Made by a program: the position numbers and the translations under genes. A stretch of 32,000 nucleotides of DNA from Kiritimatiella glycovorans (GTDB taxonomy: Bacteria > Verrucomicrobiota > Kiritimatiellia > Kiritimatiellales > Kiritimatiellaceae), in contig NZ_CP010904.1 of assembly GCF_001017655.1 (NCBI RefSeq), positions 30,001-62,000 on the forward strand, written 5' to 3'. This document shows, in pieces, positions 24,349 to 32,000 of this stretch; position 1 is the stretch's first letter; each line of letters opens with the position of its first letter. The notes under the pieces were generated by a model. The model worked only from the letters and a program-made list of their open reading frames with translations. It did no database searches and was not told the DNA's origin.

Positions 24349-25139
24349 GGGCTGATCCCGGGATCCGGGAGCGGCTTGTAGCCGAGCCGCTCCCGCAGCC
24401 GGGCGATGCGCTCTGATTCGCGTATCACGCTCGCGAGGTGCCGGTTGGCATAATCGGTCGGCGGCGGCGGCTGCACCTGCAGTGAGCGGATTTTTGTTCC
24501 GCCATCGTCTTTGCCCCAGGACCATTTATGATGCGTCGGGGGATTGTAGCTATTGACCCCCTCTTCCCGTGCAGACCCGATGAAGCTGAACAGGCGTCGG
24601 GTTACTTCCTCCGGCTGGACGACGAGGTCTTCGTAGCGGACGGGTATGGTGGCTTCCGGATCGTTTTCCTGCACGTTCAGCAGGTTCTCCGTCACCCGGC
24701 ACCAGTAGTGTTCGGCGAGCAGAGAATTGAAAAAGGGTTCCGTCCATCCCGAAAGTCGGTGAAAAATCATTTTCCTGAGCGAGCGGACAGTTTCGTAGGC
24801 GTCCCGGAACAGGACGATTTTGCGCACTCCCTCGAAACGCGGCAGTTTGGGATAGCTCAGAACCTCATGAAACCAGGCGGGGCGTTTCAGCACCACGACC
24901 GGCGCCCCGCTCATATCGCGGATGTCGGCGAGGTGTCTGCGATGCCGGAAGCGCTGGAAGTCGACCTCCGGAAGGTCCGAAACGTCCGGGGCCGTCGCGA
25001 GCAGGGCCTTCAGGAGCGTGGAGCCCGAACGCATGGTCGAGAGCACGACCACCACCGAGCGCTCGCGCCGCGTCGCGGGTTCGCGCGCGCGGGCGCGGTC
25101 GTCGATCTCCATTTTTTTTCGCACGTGCGGAAGCCTCAT
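24345..25139 (-). CDS. Sulfotransferase-family protein
   Basis: PAPS-binding 5'-PSB-like loop VVVLSTMRSGSTLLKALL. Start at in-frame ATG 25139 after GGGAGGAGG (track ORF extends to 25226). The 3' end overlaps the convergent PEP-CTERM gene by 4 nt. Confidence 0.72.
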   Translation of the reverse strand: MRLPHVRKKMEIDDRARAREPATRRERSVVVVLSTMRSGSTLLKALLATAPDVSDLPEVDFQRFRHRRHLADIRDMSGAPVVVLKRPAWFHEVLSYPKLPRFEGVRKIVLFRDAYETVRSLRKMIFHRLSGWTEPFFNSLLAEHYWCRVTENLLNVQENDPEATIPVRYEDLVVQPEEVTRRLFSFIGSAREEGVNSYNPPTHHKWSWGKDDGGTKIRSLQVQPPPPTDYANRHLASVIRESERIARLRERLGYKPLPDPGISP

Positions 25140-25310
25140 GGTCCTCCTCCCGTTGAAACCAGAGAGATAACCATGCCGACCCGGCCTTGACGAACACAAA
25201 AAGCCCGCATCCTTTATGCGCCGCATTGAAAAGAAGGGGCGCTTCGGATTATGGTGGCCGCACGGCAGCGGCAGTCCGTTCGGACACCAACCCCCGGGAG
25301 CTGAAGTGGC

Positions 25311-26054
25311 ATGATGATGGAATCGTTAATCCCCGTTCCGCCGGTCGCAGACGTCTTTTTCGCTTTTCGCGAGAGTACGCTGCCCGGGCAGGTGATCGTC
25401 GCGGTCCTCTTTCTGAGCTCGATCGGCGTCTGGACGGTGATGATCTCGAAGTTTCTGGAGCTGGGGAGAGCGAGGCTGGCCTCCGAACGTTTTCTGAAGG
25501 AATTCCGGAGTGAGGCGCACCCCCTCGGTCTCTACATGAAGCGCCGCCGCTATCCTGAAAGCCCGCTGCAGTATGTCTACGAAGCCGGGTGCAAGGCGGT
25601 CGGAACCGAACTTCGGGCGCAGGGGGTCAATCCCGACGACCTGTTCATGGGCGGGCTGGAGGTCTCCGAAAAGCGCCACCTGACCCCGCGGCAGTGCGAA
25701 GGGGTGCGGGCCGCCGCCGAGCGCACCGTCGCCGACCGCGTCCTCGTACTTGAGAACAATATGGGCACCGTCGCCACCGCCGTCAGCGCCTGCCCCTTTC
25801 TCGGCTTGCTCGGTACGGTCTGGGGCGTGATGGACGCCTTCGGCGGAATGGCCACCGCCGGATCCGCGTCGCTCTCCGCCGTGGCCCCCGGCGTCGCCGG
25901 CGCCCTGCTCACCACCGTGGTCGGCCTCCTCGTCGCCCTCCCGTCCGCCGTGGGCTACAATATGCTGACCACCCGTATCCGGCGCCTGTCCGTTCAGATG
26001 GATAATTTCGCCCAGGAATTCACCGGCTCCGTACAGCGGACGCTGACATCCTAG
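25311..26054 (+). CDS. MotA/TolQ/ExbB-family proton channel
   Basis: Three TM helices and the conserved C-terminal region FLGLLGTVWGVMDAF...VAPGVAGALLTTVVGLLVALPSAVGYN. Confidence 0.85.
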   Translation: MMMESLIPVPPVADVFFAFRESTLPGQVIVAVLFLSSIGVWTVMISKFLELGRARLASERFLKEFRSEAHPLGLYMKRRRYPESPLQYVYEAGCKAVGTELRAQGVNPDDLFMGGLEVSEKRHLTPRQCEGVRAAAERTVADRVLVLENNMGTVATAVSACPFLGLLGTVWGVMDAFGGMATAGSASLSAVAPGVAGALLTTVVGLLVALPSAVGYNMLTTRIRRLSVQMDNFAQEFTGSVQRTLTS

Positions 26055-26066
26055 GAGGACCCGTTC

Positions 26067-26483
26067 GTGGCTCGTAAAACCAGCCTGGTCTCCCTGAAGG
26101 AAATCAGCGAAATCAATATGACCCCGCTGATGGACCTGACCTTCATCCTGCTGATCACCTTCATGATCACGTTTCCGCTGATCGAGGAGGGCATCCCGAT
26201 CAACCTTCCGCAGGGCCGCGCGGAGGACATGGACGAGCCGCGCAGCCGGTCGATCAGCATCGACGGCCAGCGGCGGCTCTATCTGGACGAGGTGCCGGTC
26301 GGACGCGCCGAACTGGCCGCGGAAATGGCGCAGCTCGGTGCGGAAGAGCCGGACACCACCGTCTACCTGCGCGCCGACCGCGAGCTTCCCTACGGTGCCG
26401 TAACGGAGGTCCTCACGCTCCTCCGCCGTAACGGAGTGAGCCGCACCGCCCTCGTGCTCAAGGGCAGGGAGGCCGGGGAGTGA
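26067..26483 (+). CDS. ExbD/TolR-family biopolymer transport protein
   Basis: INMTPLMDLTFILLITFMI single TM helix with the conserved Asp. GTG start 8 nt after AGGAGG. LRADRELPYGAVTEVL periplasmic domain. Confidence 0.85.
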   Translation: MARKTSLVSLKEISEINMTPLMDLTFILLITFMITFPLIEEGIPINLPQGRAEDMDEPRSRSISIDGQRRLYLDEVPVGRAELAAEMAQLGAEEPDTTVYLRADRELPYGAVTEVLTLLRRNGVSRTALVLKGREAGE

Positions 26484-27217
26484 AGTCGAACGTGGTCAGG
26501 TGGGTCGTACTGGCGCATCTCGCCGTAGTGATGGCCCTGCTGACCGCTCACCTGATCCGGGGTTGTCCGCGCAGGCCGGACCCCGGCGCGCAGGGCATGA
26601 CCGCCGTCGTGCAGCTCGAGGCCGATCCGGCTATCCTTCCCCGCCCCCGGGAGGTGGAGGAGCTCCCGGCCGACCGCCGCCCCGAACCGGAGCCGCAACC
26701 CGAACCGCAGCCGCAGCCGCAACCGGAAAAAACGCCCGCTCCGGAGCCGCAGCCCGAACCGGAGCCGGAAAAGCCGAAGTGGCGGCCGAAGTCGCCGGAA
26801 GAGATCCGCAAGAGCGCCAGACGGGTGCGGAAGGATCCCCCCCTTACGCAGCCGCGCCCCCGCATCGATGCCGACGACCTCGAAAAAAAACTGAGCAAGG
26901 CGGTGACCGGCGCGGCGACCCGCGGACAGACCGAGGTGCCCGCGAGCTACTTCAACCGCGTGGGCCTGATCATGAGGCGTGCGTGGAATCAGCCCGGCGG
27001 GGCGGCGGCGCGCAATGCCGGGGTCGCGGAGGTGCGGTTCCGCGTGCGGCGCGACGGGACGATCGTCTCGCGCGAGCTGGTCGGGAGTTCCGGCAGCGGC
27101 GTGGTCGATGCCAGCGTCATAGCCGCCGCGCGCTCCGTATCCAGCTTCCCCCCGGTCCCCGCCTCCGTGCGCGGCTCGGGTGTGATCGACTTCACCATCG
27201 AGTTTAAGCTGGAGTGA
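26480..27217 (+). CDS. TonB-family (TolA/TonB-like) energy transducer
   Basis: The GTG start overlaps the ExbD stop. N-terminal TM WVVLAHLAVVMALL and a Pro-rich spacer PEPEPQPEPQPQPQPEKTPAPEPQPEPEPEKPK. The C-terminal domain is TonB-like (VAEVRFRVRRDGTIVSRELVGSSGSGVVDASVIAA). Confidence 0.75.
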   Translation: MKSNVVRWVVLAHLAVVMALLTAHLIRGCPRRPDPGAQGMTAVVQLEADPAILPRPREVEELPADRRPEPEPQPEPQPQPQPEKTPAPEPQPEPEPEKPKWRPKSPEEIRKSARRVRKDPPLTQPRPRIDADDLEKKLSKAVTGAATRGQTEVPASYFNRVGLIMRRAWNQPGGAAARNAGVAEVRFRVRRDGTIVSRELVGSSGSGVVDASVIAAARSVSSFPPVPASVRGSGVIDFTIEFKLE

Positions 27218-27340
27218 GGGAAGAAAGCATGGGCGGGAGTCCTTGTCTTGAGACCTGAACCCTGAGACCGCATCGAGGCCGGATTCGGGATGGGGAAGGG
27301 CCATGAAGAATATGAGGGTAAGTCCAAATGCTCTTCGCCC

Positions 27341-27369
27341 TTGACTCCCCCGGTCTATCTGACTAACGT
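27341..27369 (+). promoter_or_regulatory. Candidate promoter of the nusA-infB operon
   Basis: TTGACT (27341-27346), a 17-nt spacer, then TAACGT (27364-27369), about 90 nt upstream of the nusA start. Confidence 0.4.
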
Positions 27370-27396
27370 CTTGAGGTTCAGCTTGGCTTTGTCGGG

Positions 27397-27421
27397 AAAG
27401 TGGGTGTCGGCCCACTTTTTT
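27397..27421 (+). terminator. Intrinsic terminator-like hairpin in the nusA leader (possible attenuator)
   Basis: AAAGTGGG-tgtcgg-CCCACTTT followed by further Ts (T6 run 27416-27421). It lies between the candidate promoter and the nusA start codon at 27459. Confidence 0.5.
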
Positions 27422-27458
27422 GTTTCCGGGACGGAGCACGTCTTCGTCAGGGAGGTGG

Positions 27459-28736
27459 ATGTTGAACGAACAACTGCAGTCTATGGTGGATTACCTGCAG
27501 CGGGAACGCGGTGTGGACCGCGAGATCGTGCTGCAGGCGATCGAGTCCGCGATGGAGAACGCGGCGCGCAAGGACTCCGAATCCGAAGAAGAGGAGTTCC
27601 GGATCGAGATCGATCGCAAAACACTGGACATGAAGGCCTTCGCGCAAAAACAGGTCGTTTCTCCGCCGGCCGTTACCGACCGCCAGATCGCGCTCGACGA
27701 CGCGCGGAAGATCAATCCCGCCGCGCGGATCGGCGAGACGGTCGAGGTGACCGTGCCGACGCGCAAGCTCGGCCGCATCGCGGCGCAGACCGCGCGCCAG
27801 ACCATCATGCAGAAGCTGCGCCAGGCCGAGAAGGACCGCATCTACGAATTGTTCAAGGACCGGGTCGGCGACATCGTGACGGGCGTGGTCCGTCGTTTCG
27901 AGAAGAGCGACGTGTTCATCGAGATCGAGAACGCCGAAGCCGTCATGCCCGGCCGGCAGCGCATCCCCATCGAGGAATACGAGGTGGGGGAGCGGATCCG
28001 CGCCCACATCGCCCAGGTCACCAACGAGGCGAGCGGCCCCCGGATCGAGCTTTCGCGCAATCACCCCGATTTCGTCCGGCGGCTCTTTGAACTCGAAGTC
28101 TCCGAGATCGCCGACGGGACGGTGGAGATCATGGGGATCGCGCGCGAAGCGGGCTACCGGAGCAAGGTGGCGGTGCTCTGCCACGACGAGCATATCGACC
28201 CCGTCGGAGCCTGCGTCGGTATCCGCGGGATGCGCGTGAAAAACATAGTGCGCGAGCTGTCCGGCGAGAAAATTGACATCGTCCGCTGGAGCGATGATAT
28301 TAAGAAGCTGGTCGCCAATTCTCTGGCCCCGGCCAAGCTCAGTTCGATTGAGATCGACGAGGAGACGCGGACGGTCCGGGTGTTGGTGGATCCGGATCAG
28401 CTTTCGCTCGCGATCGGGAAGCGCGGACAGAACGCGCGGCTCACGGCCAAGCTCACGGGATGGCGTGTCGATATCGAGCGCAAGGAGAGCGAAGAGGAGA
28501 AGGACTTCGAGCGCAAGATCCAGGAAGCGGTCGAAAGCCTGGCCGCGATCGAAGGCATCGGCTTCGAACGCGCCGAAAAGCTGGTCTCCGCCGGCTTCCT
28601 GTCGCAGGAAGGCATTTTGATGGCGGAAATCGGGGACATCGCGGAAGAAGTGGAAGGGATCACGGCCGGGGAAGCCGAAGAGGTGTGGCACGCCGTCGCG
28701 GCCGCCCACGAAAAAGAACACGGCGAACTCGAATAG
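27459..28736 (+). CDS. nusA: Transcription termination/antitermination factor NusA
   Basis: Starts MLNEQLQSMVDYLQRERGVDREIVLQAIESAM at in-frame ATG 27459 after GGGAGGTGG. It has an S1 domain and KH domains (ACVGIRGMRVKNIVREL, AIGKRGQNARLTAKLTGW). Confidence 0.93.
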   Translation: MLNEQLQSMVDYLQRERGVDREIVLQAIESAMENAARKDSESEEEEFRIEIDRKTLDMKAFAQKQVVSPPAVTDRQIALDDARKINPAARIGETVEVTVPTRKLGRIAAQTARQTIMQKLRQAEKDRIYELFKDRVGDIVTGVVRRFEKSDVFIEIENAEAVMPGRQRIPIEEYEVGERIRAHIAQVTNEASGPRIELSRNHPDFVRRLFELEVSEIADGTVEIMGIAREAGYRSKVAVLCHDEHIDPVGACVGIRGMRVKNIVRELSGEKIDIVRWSDDIKKLVANSLAPAKLSSIEIDEETRTVRVLVDPDQLSLAIGKRGQNARLTAKLTGWRVDIERKESEEEKDFERKIQEAVESLAAIEGIGFERAEKLVSAGFLSQEGILMAEIGDIAEEVEGITAGEAEEVWHAVAAAHEKEHGELE

Positions 28737-28740
28737 TTTT

Positions 28741-30885
28741 ATGAAAGTAAGCGAACTGGCCAGACAAGCCGAGGTGTCGGCGGAAGAGATGCTGGAGATC
28801 CTCTCCGATCTGGGCATCGAGGGCAAGACGGCCGACGATGAACTGACGGACGAGCAGAAGGATCTCGCGCTCGACGATCTCGGCATGCTTCCGGAAGAGG
28901 CGGAAGAGACGGAGGATACGCAGGAGGCGCAGGCGGAAACGGAGGCCCCCGCCGAAGCTGAAGACGTCGCCGCGGAGCCGGATGAGGGGGAACAACCGTC
29001 CGGAGAAGCTTCGGAGGCCGGACCGGAAGAGTCTTCGGCCGCCGCGGAGTCCGCGCCGGCTGAAGAGGAGTCCCTGAAACCCGACCAGATCCTGCTCACC
29101 GGCCCCATCAAGGTGCGCGACTTCGCCGAGCGGCTCGGGGTGCGTCCTAACGTACTTATCGCCGAACTGATGAAGATGAACATCTTCGCGTCGATCACGC
29201 AGGGCATCGACGCGAAGGTGGCGCGGGAAATCGCCGAAAAGCGCGGGTTTACGGTTATCCGTGAAAAACCGGGCAAAAAACGCGCGGAAGAGACGCCCGC
29301 CGGAAAGCCGAAGAAGACCAGGGAGGGCCGGGAAAAGAAGAAAGGGGCGGACGTCGGCGAGGCCCTGCCCCGTCCGCCGGTGGTGACCTTTCTCGGACAC
29401 GTGGATCACGGCAAGACTTCACTGCTGGACCGCATCCGCAGCGCCCGCGTGGTCGAGGGCGAATCGGGCGGGATTACGCAGCATATCGGCGCTTATTCGG
29501 TGGAAGTCGAGCACGAGGGCAAAACGCATCCGATCACCTTTCTCGACACGCCGGGTCATGCCGCGTTCACTTCGATGCGGGCGCGCGGAGCCAATCTCAC
29601 CGATATCGCCGTGCTGGTGGTGGCGGCGGACGACGGCGTGATGCCGCAGACGATCGAGGCGATCCAGCACGCCCGGGCCGCGGGCGTCTGTATTGTGGTT
29701 GCGATCAACAAGACGGACCTGCCCGGCGCCAGCCCCGACCGCGTCCGCCAGCAGCTCCAGCAGCATGAACTGATGCCCGAGGAGTGGGGCGGCGAGATCG
29801 GCTGTGTCGAGGTCAGCGCCGCGACGGGCGAGGGCATGGACCAGCTCCTCGAAAGGCTGGCGCTCGAATCCGAGCTTCTCGAACTCACCGCCCATCCCGC
29901 CAATCCGGCCGAAGGATTCGTCATCGAGGCCCGGCTGGAACCGGGGCGCGGACCCGTCGCGAACCTGCTGATCAAAGACGGCACGCTCAAGTCCGGACAG
30001 GGCATCCTGTGCGGAACGCAGGCGGGCAAGGTCAAGGCCCTGTTCAACGATCAGGGGCAGGCGATCGGGGAGGCCGGTCCCGCCAGCGCCGTGCAGGTGC
30101 TCGGGCTCAACGGCGTTCCGGAAGCCGGGGACATGTTCGACGTCTATAAGAACGAACGCGAGGCGCAGAAAGTCGCCGACGAGCTGGTGGAGGAAGAGTC
30201 TGCGGGATCAGGCGCGGGCGAGCAGCAGAAGAAGCTCTCGCTCGAAGACCTGTTCGGCGGCGGCGAAGAGACGAAAGAGCTCCCGCTGGTGGTCAAGGCC
30301 GATGTGCAGGGTTCGCTCGAGGCGGTCTGCCAGTCGCTTGAGAATATCAAGAGCGATAAGGTGAAGATCAAATTCATCCTGACCGGTGTGGGCAATGTGA
30401 CCGGTAACGACGTCATGCTCGCGAGCGCATCGAACGCCATCATCATCGGGTTCCACGTGGGCGTCGAGAGCGGGGTCCGCGGCACGGCGGAACGTGAGGG
30501 CGTGGAGGTGCGCCTCTACAGCATCATCTACGAACTCCTCGAACAGGTCGAGGCCGCCATGAAGGGCATGCTCGAGCCCGAGCAGCGCGAGCGCGCCCTC
30601 GGCAGGGCCGAGATCCGCCAGATCTTCACCATCGGCAAGCGCGCCCGCGTGGCGGGCTGCCTGGTTTCCGAGGGACGCATTCCCGCCCGCAGCCGTGTCC
30701 GCGTCCTGCGGGGCGGCGATGTCGTCTACGAGGGCCGGATCGTCTCGCTCAAGCACTACCAGAACGACGCCTCGGAAATACGCCACGGACAGGAGTGCGG
30801 GATCCAGCTCGACAATCCGGACTCCTTCCAGGAAGGCGACATGATCGAGGCCTTCGAAGTGGAACGGATCGCGCCCGAACTCTGA
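28741..30885 (+). CDS. infB: Translation initiation factor IF-2
   Basis: G domain [25 protein letters not shown] and NKTD. Acidic N-terminal region. 714 aa. Confidence 0.95.
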   Translation: MKVSELARQAEVSAEEMLEILSDLGIEGKTADDELTDEQKDLALDDLGMLPEEAEETEDTQEAQAETEAPAEAEDVAAEPDEGEQPSGEASEAGPEESSAAAESAPAEEESLKPDQILLTGPIKVRDFAERLGVRPNVLIAELMKMNIFASITQGIDAKVAREIAEKRGFTVIREKPGKKRAEETPAGKPKKTREGREKKKGADVGEALPRPPVVTFLGHVDHGKTSLLDRIRSARVVEGESGGITQHIGAYSVEVEHEGKTHPITFLDTPGHAAFTSMRARGANLTDIAVLVVAADDGVMPQTIEAIQHARAAGVCIVVAINKTDLPGASPDRVRQQLQQHELMPEEWGGEIGCVEVSAATGEGMDQLLERLALESELLELTAHPANPAEGFVIEARLEPGRGPVANLLIKDGTLKSGQGILCGTQAGKVKALFNDQGQAIGEAGPASAVQVLGLNGVPEAGDMFDVYKNEREAQKVADELVEEESAGSGAGEQQKKLSLEDLFGGGEETKELPLVVKADVQGSLEAVCQSLENIKSDKVKIKFILTGVGNVTGNDVMLASASNAIIIGFHVGVESGVRGTAEREGVEVRLYSIIYELLEQVEAAMKGMLEPEQRERALGRAEIRQIFTIGKRARVAGCLVSEGRIPARSRVRVLRGGDVVYEGRIVSLKHYQNDASEIRHGQECGIQLDNPDSFQEGDMIEAFEVERIAPEL

Positions 30886-30920
30886 TTCGCCGGCGCGGTC
30901 GCAACGGCGGTCGGGATACT

Positions 30921-31337
30921 ATGGGTTCGCAACGCATGATCCGGGTCAACGAGCTGCTCAAACGGCAGATCTCGGAAGACCTCTACCATCTCCATAATCC
31001 GCCCGTTAAGCCGGGCGAGATCACCGTGACCCGTGTGGACACCAGTGCCGATCTGCGCCAGGCGCGGGTCTATATCTCGGTGATCCAGGGGGAGGAGAAG
31101 CGGCAGCAGGCCGTGGACTACCTCAACAAACGTCACGGGGAGCTGCAGCGGCTCGTCATGAAGCGCGTCAGGCTGAAGTATACGCCGCGCTTCGAATTCG
31201 AGGCCGATCCCACCCTGGAGGAGGGCGACCGCGTGTTGAAACTGCTGGAAGAAATGGAAGAGTCCGGCGGGTCCAGCCCGCCGGAAAAGCCGGACCCGTT
31301 CGACCTGCCGGACGCTTCAGACAGGGGGAACTCATGA
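30921..31337 (+). CDS. rbfA: Ribosome-binding factor A
   Basis: Starts MGSQRMIRVNELLKRQISEDL at in-frame ATG 30921. ITVTRVDTSADLRQARVYIS and LKYTPRFEFEAD are present, with an acidic tail. Confidence 0.9.
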   Translation: MGSQRMIRVNELLKRQISEDLYHLHNPPVKPGEITVTRVDTSADLRQARVYISVIQGEEKRQQAVDYLNKRHGELQRLVMKRVRLKYTPRFEFEADPTLEEGDRVLKLLEEMEESGGSSPPEKPDPFDLPDASDRGNS

Positions 31338-32000
31338 CTCGCCGGGAACGATCGCGTAAAGGACCGCCGCGCACGGATCCGTGCGAGGGCCTGCTGCTGG
31401 TCGATAAGCCCGCGGACTGGACCTCCCACGACGTGGTCGCCAAGGTCCGCAATCATTTCCGGCTTCGTAAGGCAGGTCACGGGGGCACGCTCGATCCGAT
31501 GGCCACGGGACTGCTGGTACTGCTGATCGGTCGCGGCACCAAACTGGCGCCGTACATGACCGGCGCCGACAAGGAATACGAGGGCGTCATGCTGCTGGGA
31601 CGGACGACCGACAGCCATGACCGGCAGGGCAAGACCCTGGAGGAGCGGCCGTACGATACCGTTACCCGCGAGGCGCTGGAGAACGAGACGGCGAAATTCA
31701 TCGGCGAGATCGAGCAGATCCCCCCGATGGTCTCTGCAAAAAAACAGTCCGGCGTTCCCCTCTACAAGCTGGCCCGGAAAGGACAGGAGGTGGAGCGCGA
31801 GGCGAGAAGCCTGCGGATCGACCGCTTCGAACTTAAATCGTTCGACCCCCCGCACGTATCCTTTGAGCTGCGGTGTTCCAAGGGCACCTATGTACGGACG
31901 CTGGTGCATGACATGGGCGAAGGGCTGGGATGCGGCGCCTGCCTGAACGACCTGCGGCGCCTGGCCTCCGGCTCGCTCCGCGTGGAAGACGCGCACACGC
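31334..32000 (+). CDS. truB: tRNA pseudouridine(55) synthase, N-terminal part (gene runs past the window end)
   Basis: Absent from the ORF track because there is no stop in the window. ATG 31334 overlaps the rbfA stop (ATGA). The translation contains GLLLVDKPADWTSHDVVAKVR, KAGHGGTLDPMATGLLVLLIG, IEQIPPMVSAKK and RCSKGTYVRTL. Confidence 0.9.
   Translation, partial: MTRRERSRKGPPRTDPCEGLLLVDKPADWTSHDVVAKVRNHFRLRKAGHGGTLDPMATGLLVLLIGRGTKLAPYMTGADKEYEGVMLLGRTTDSHDRQGKTLEERPYDTVTREALENETAKFIGEIEQIPPMVSAKKQSGVPLYKLARKGQEVEREARSLRIDRFELKSFDPPHVSFELRCSKGTYVRTLVHDMGEGLGCGACLNDLRRLASGSLRVEDAHT

Noticed and set aside
26640-26790. Short-period repeats (gaaccg/cagccg units) that could be a micro- or minisatellite
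   Set aside because: They encode the Pro-Glu/Pro-Gln spacer of the TonB-like protein, in frame. This is a normal feature of that family rather than a separate element.
27290-28090. 266-aa ORF that might have been a divergent rimP upstream of nusA
   Set aside because: It is out of frame with and overlaps the well-supported nusA gene, is Arg/Gly/Asp-rich low complexity, and shows no RimP-like sequence.
28870-29080. Acidic low-complexity stretch in infB that could signal a fusion or frameshift
   Set aside because: It is continuous in frame with the IF-2 N-domain and G-domain. Variable acidic linkers are common in IF-2.
27447-29276. 609-aa minus-strand ORF, the longest of many long antisense ORFs (others include 19037..20716, 12014..13330, 9977..11122, 2668..3645, 603..1463 and 5436..6437 on minus, and 17452..18732, 2820..4277 and 10951..12225 on plus)
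   Set aside because: Each lies opposite or out of frame to a gene with unmistakable family motifs (nusA/infB, CoADR, hisD, aroC, prmC and others). Their products are low-complexity Arg/Ala/Gly/Pro-rich. High GC suppresses stop codons in non-coding frames.

Overview
GC-rich bacterial chromosomal window; third codon positions are overwhelmingly G/C, so long antisense ORFs in the track are mostly artefacts. Most of it is housekeeping: argC (partial), a DUF481-like outer-membrane barrel, tRNA-Ser(GGA), prmC, an EamA transporter, nadA-nifS-nifU, aroC, hisD-hisC, larE-like, rsmE, an ExbB/ExbD/TonB-like trio, and nusA-infB-rbfA-truB (partial). Accessory content: three PEP-CTERM proteins (one N-terminally truncated, one with a 61-aa tail after the anchor), a sulfotransferase, an HNH nuclease next to a small secreted protein, a divergent XRE/Ner-like switch module, and a redox/sulfur cluster (AhpD-like, GNAT and Isf-like flavoprotein, divergent from ArsR plus CoA-disulfide-reductase-rhodanese). 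The PEP-CTERM signals and sulfotransferase suggest an exosortase-bearing Gram-negative, possibly PVC group; this is inference only. The most unusual signal is non-coding. A roughly 0.5-kb highly structured repeat family occurs four times: two full copies at 1780-2270 and 9536-10045 in opposite orientation, and two partial or rearranged copies at 6245-6478 and 15422-15657. Full copies have imperfect terminal inverted repeats and 10-11 bp flanking direct duplications, and both sit in intrinsic-terminator sequence. This fits an undescribed MITE-like element that targets terminators. Other points worth a second look: a 134-nt multi-hairpin element closed by a 13-bp stem in the ArsR divergent promoter region, an AT-rich 54/62-bp tandem duplication upstream of nadA, an AT-richer scar between tRNA(CAU) and the truncated PEP-CTERM gene, and a promoter plus terminator-like leader before nusA with no rimP.
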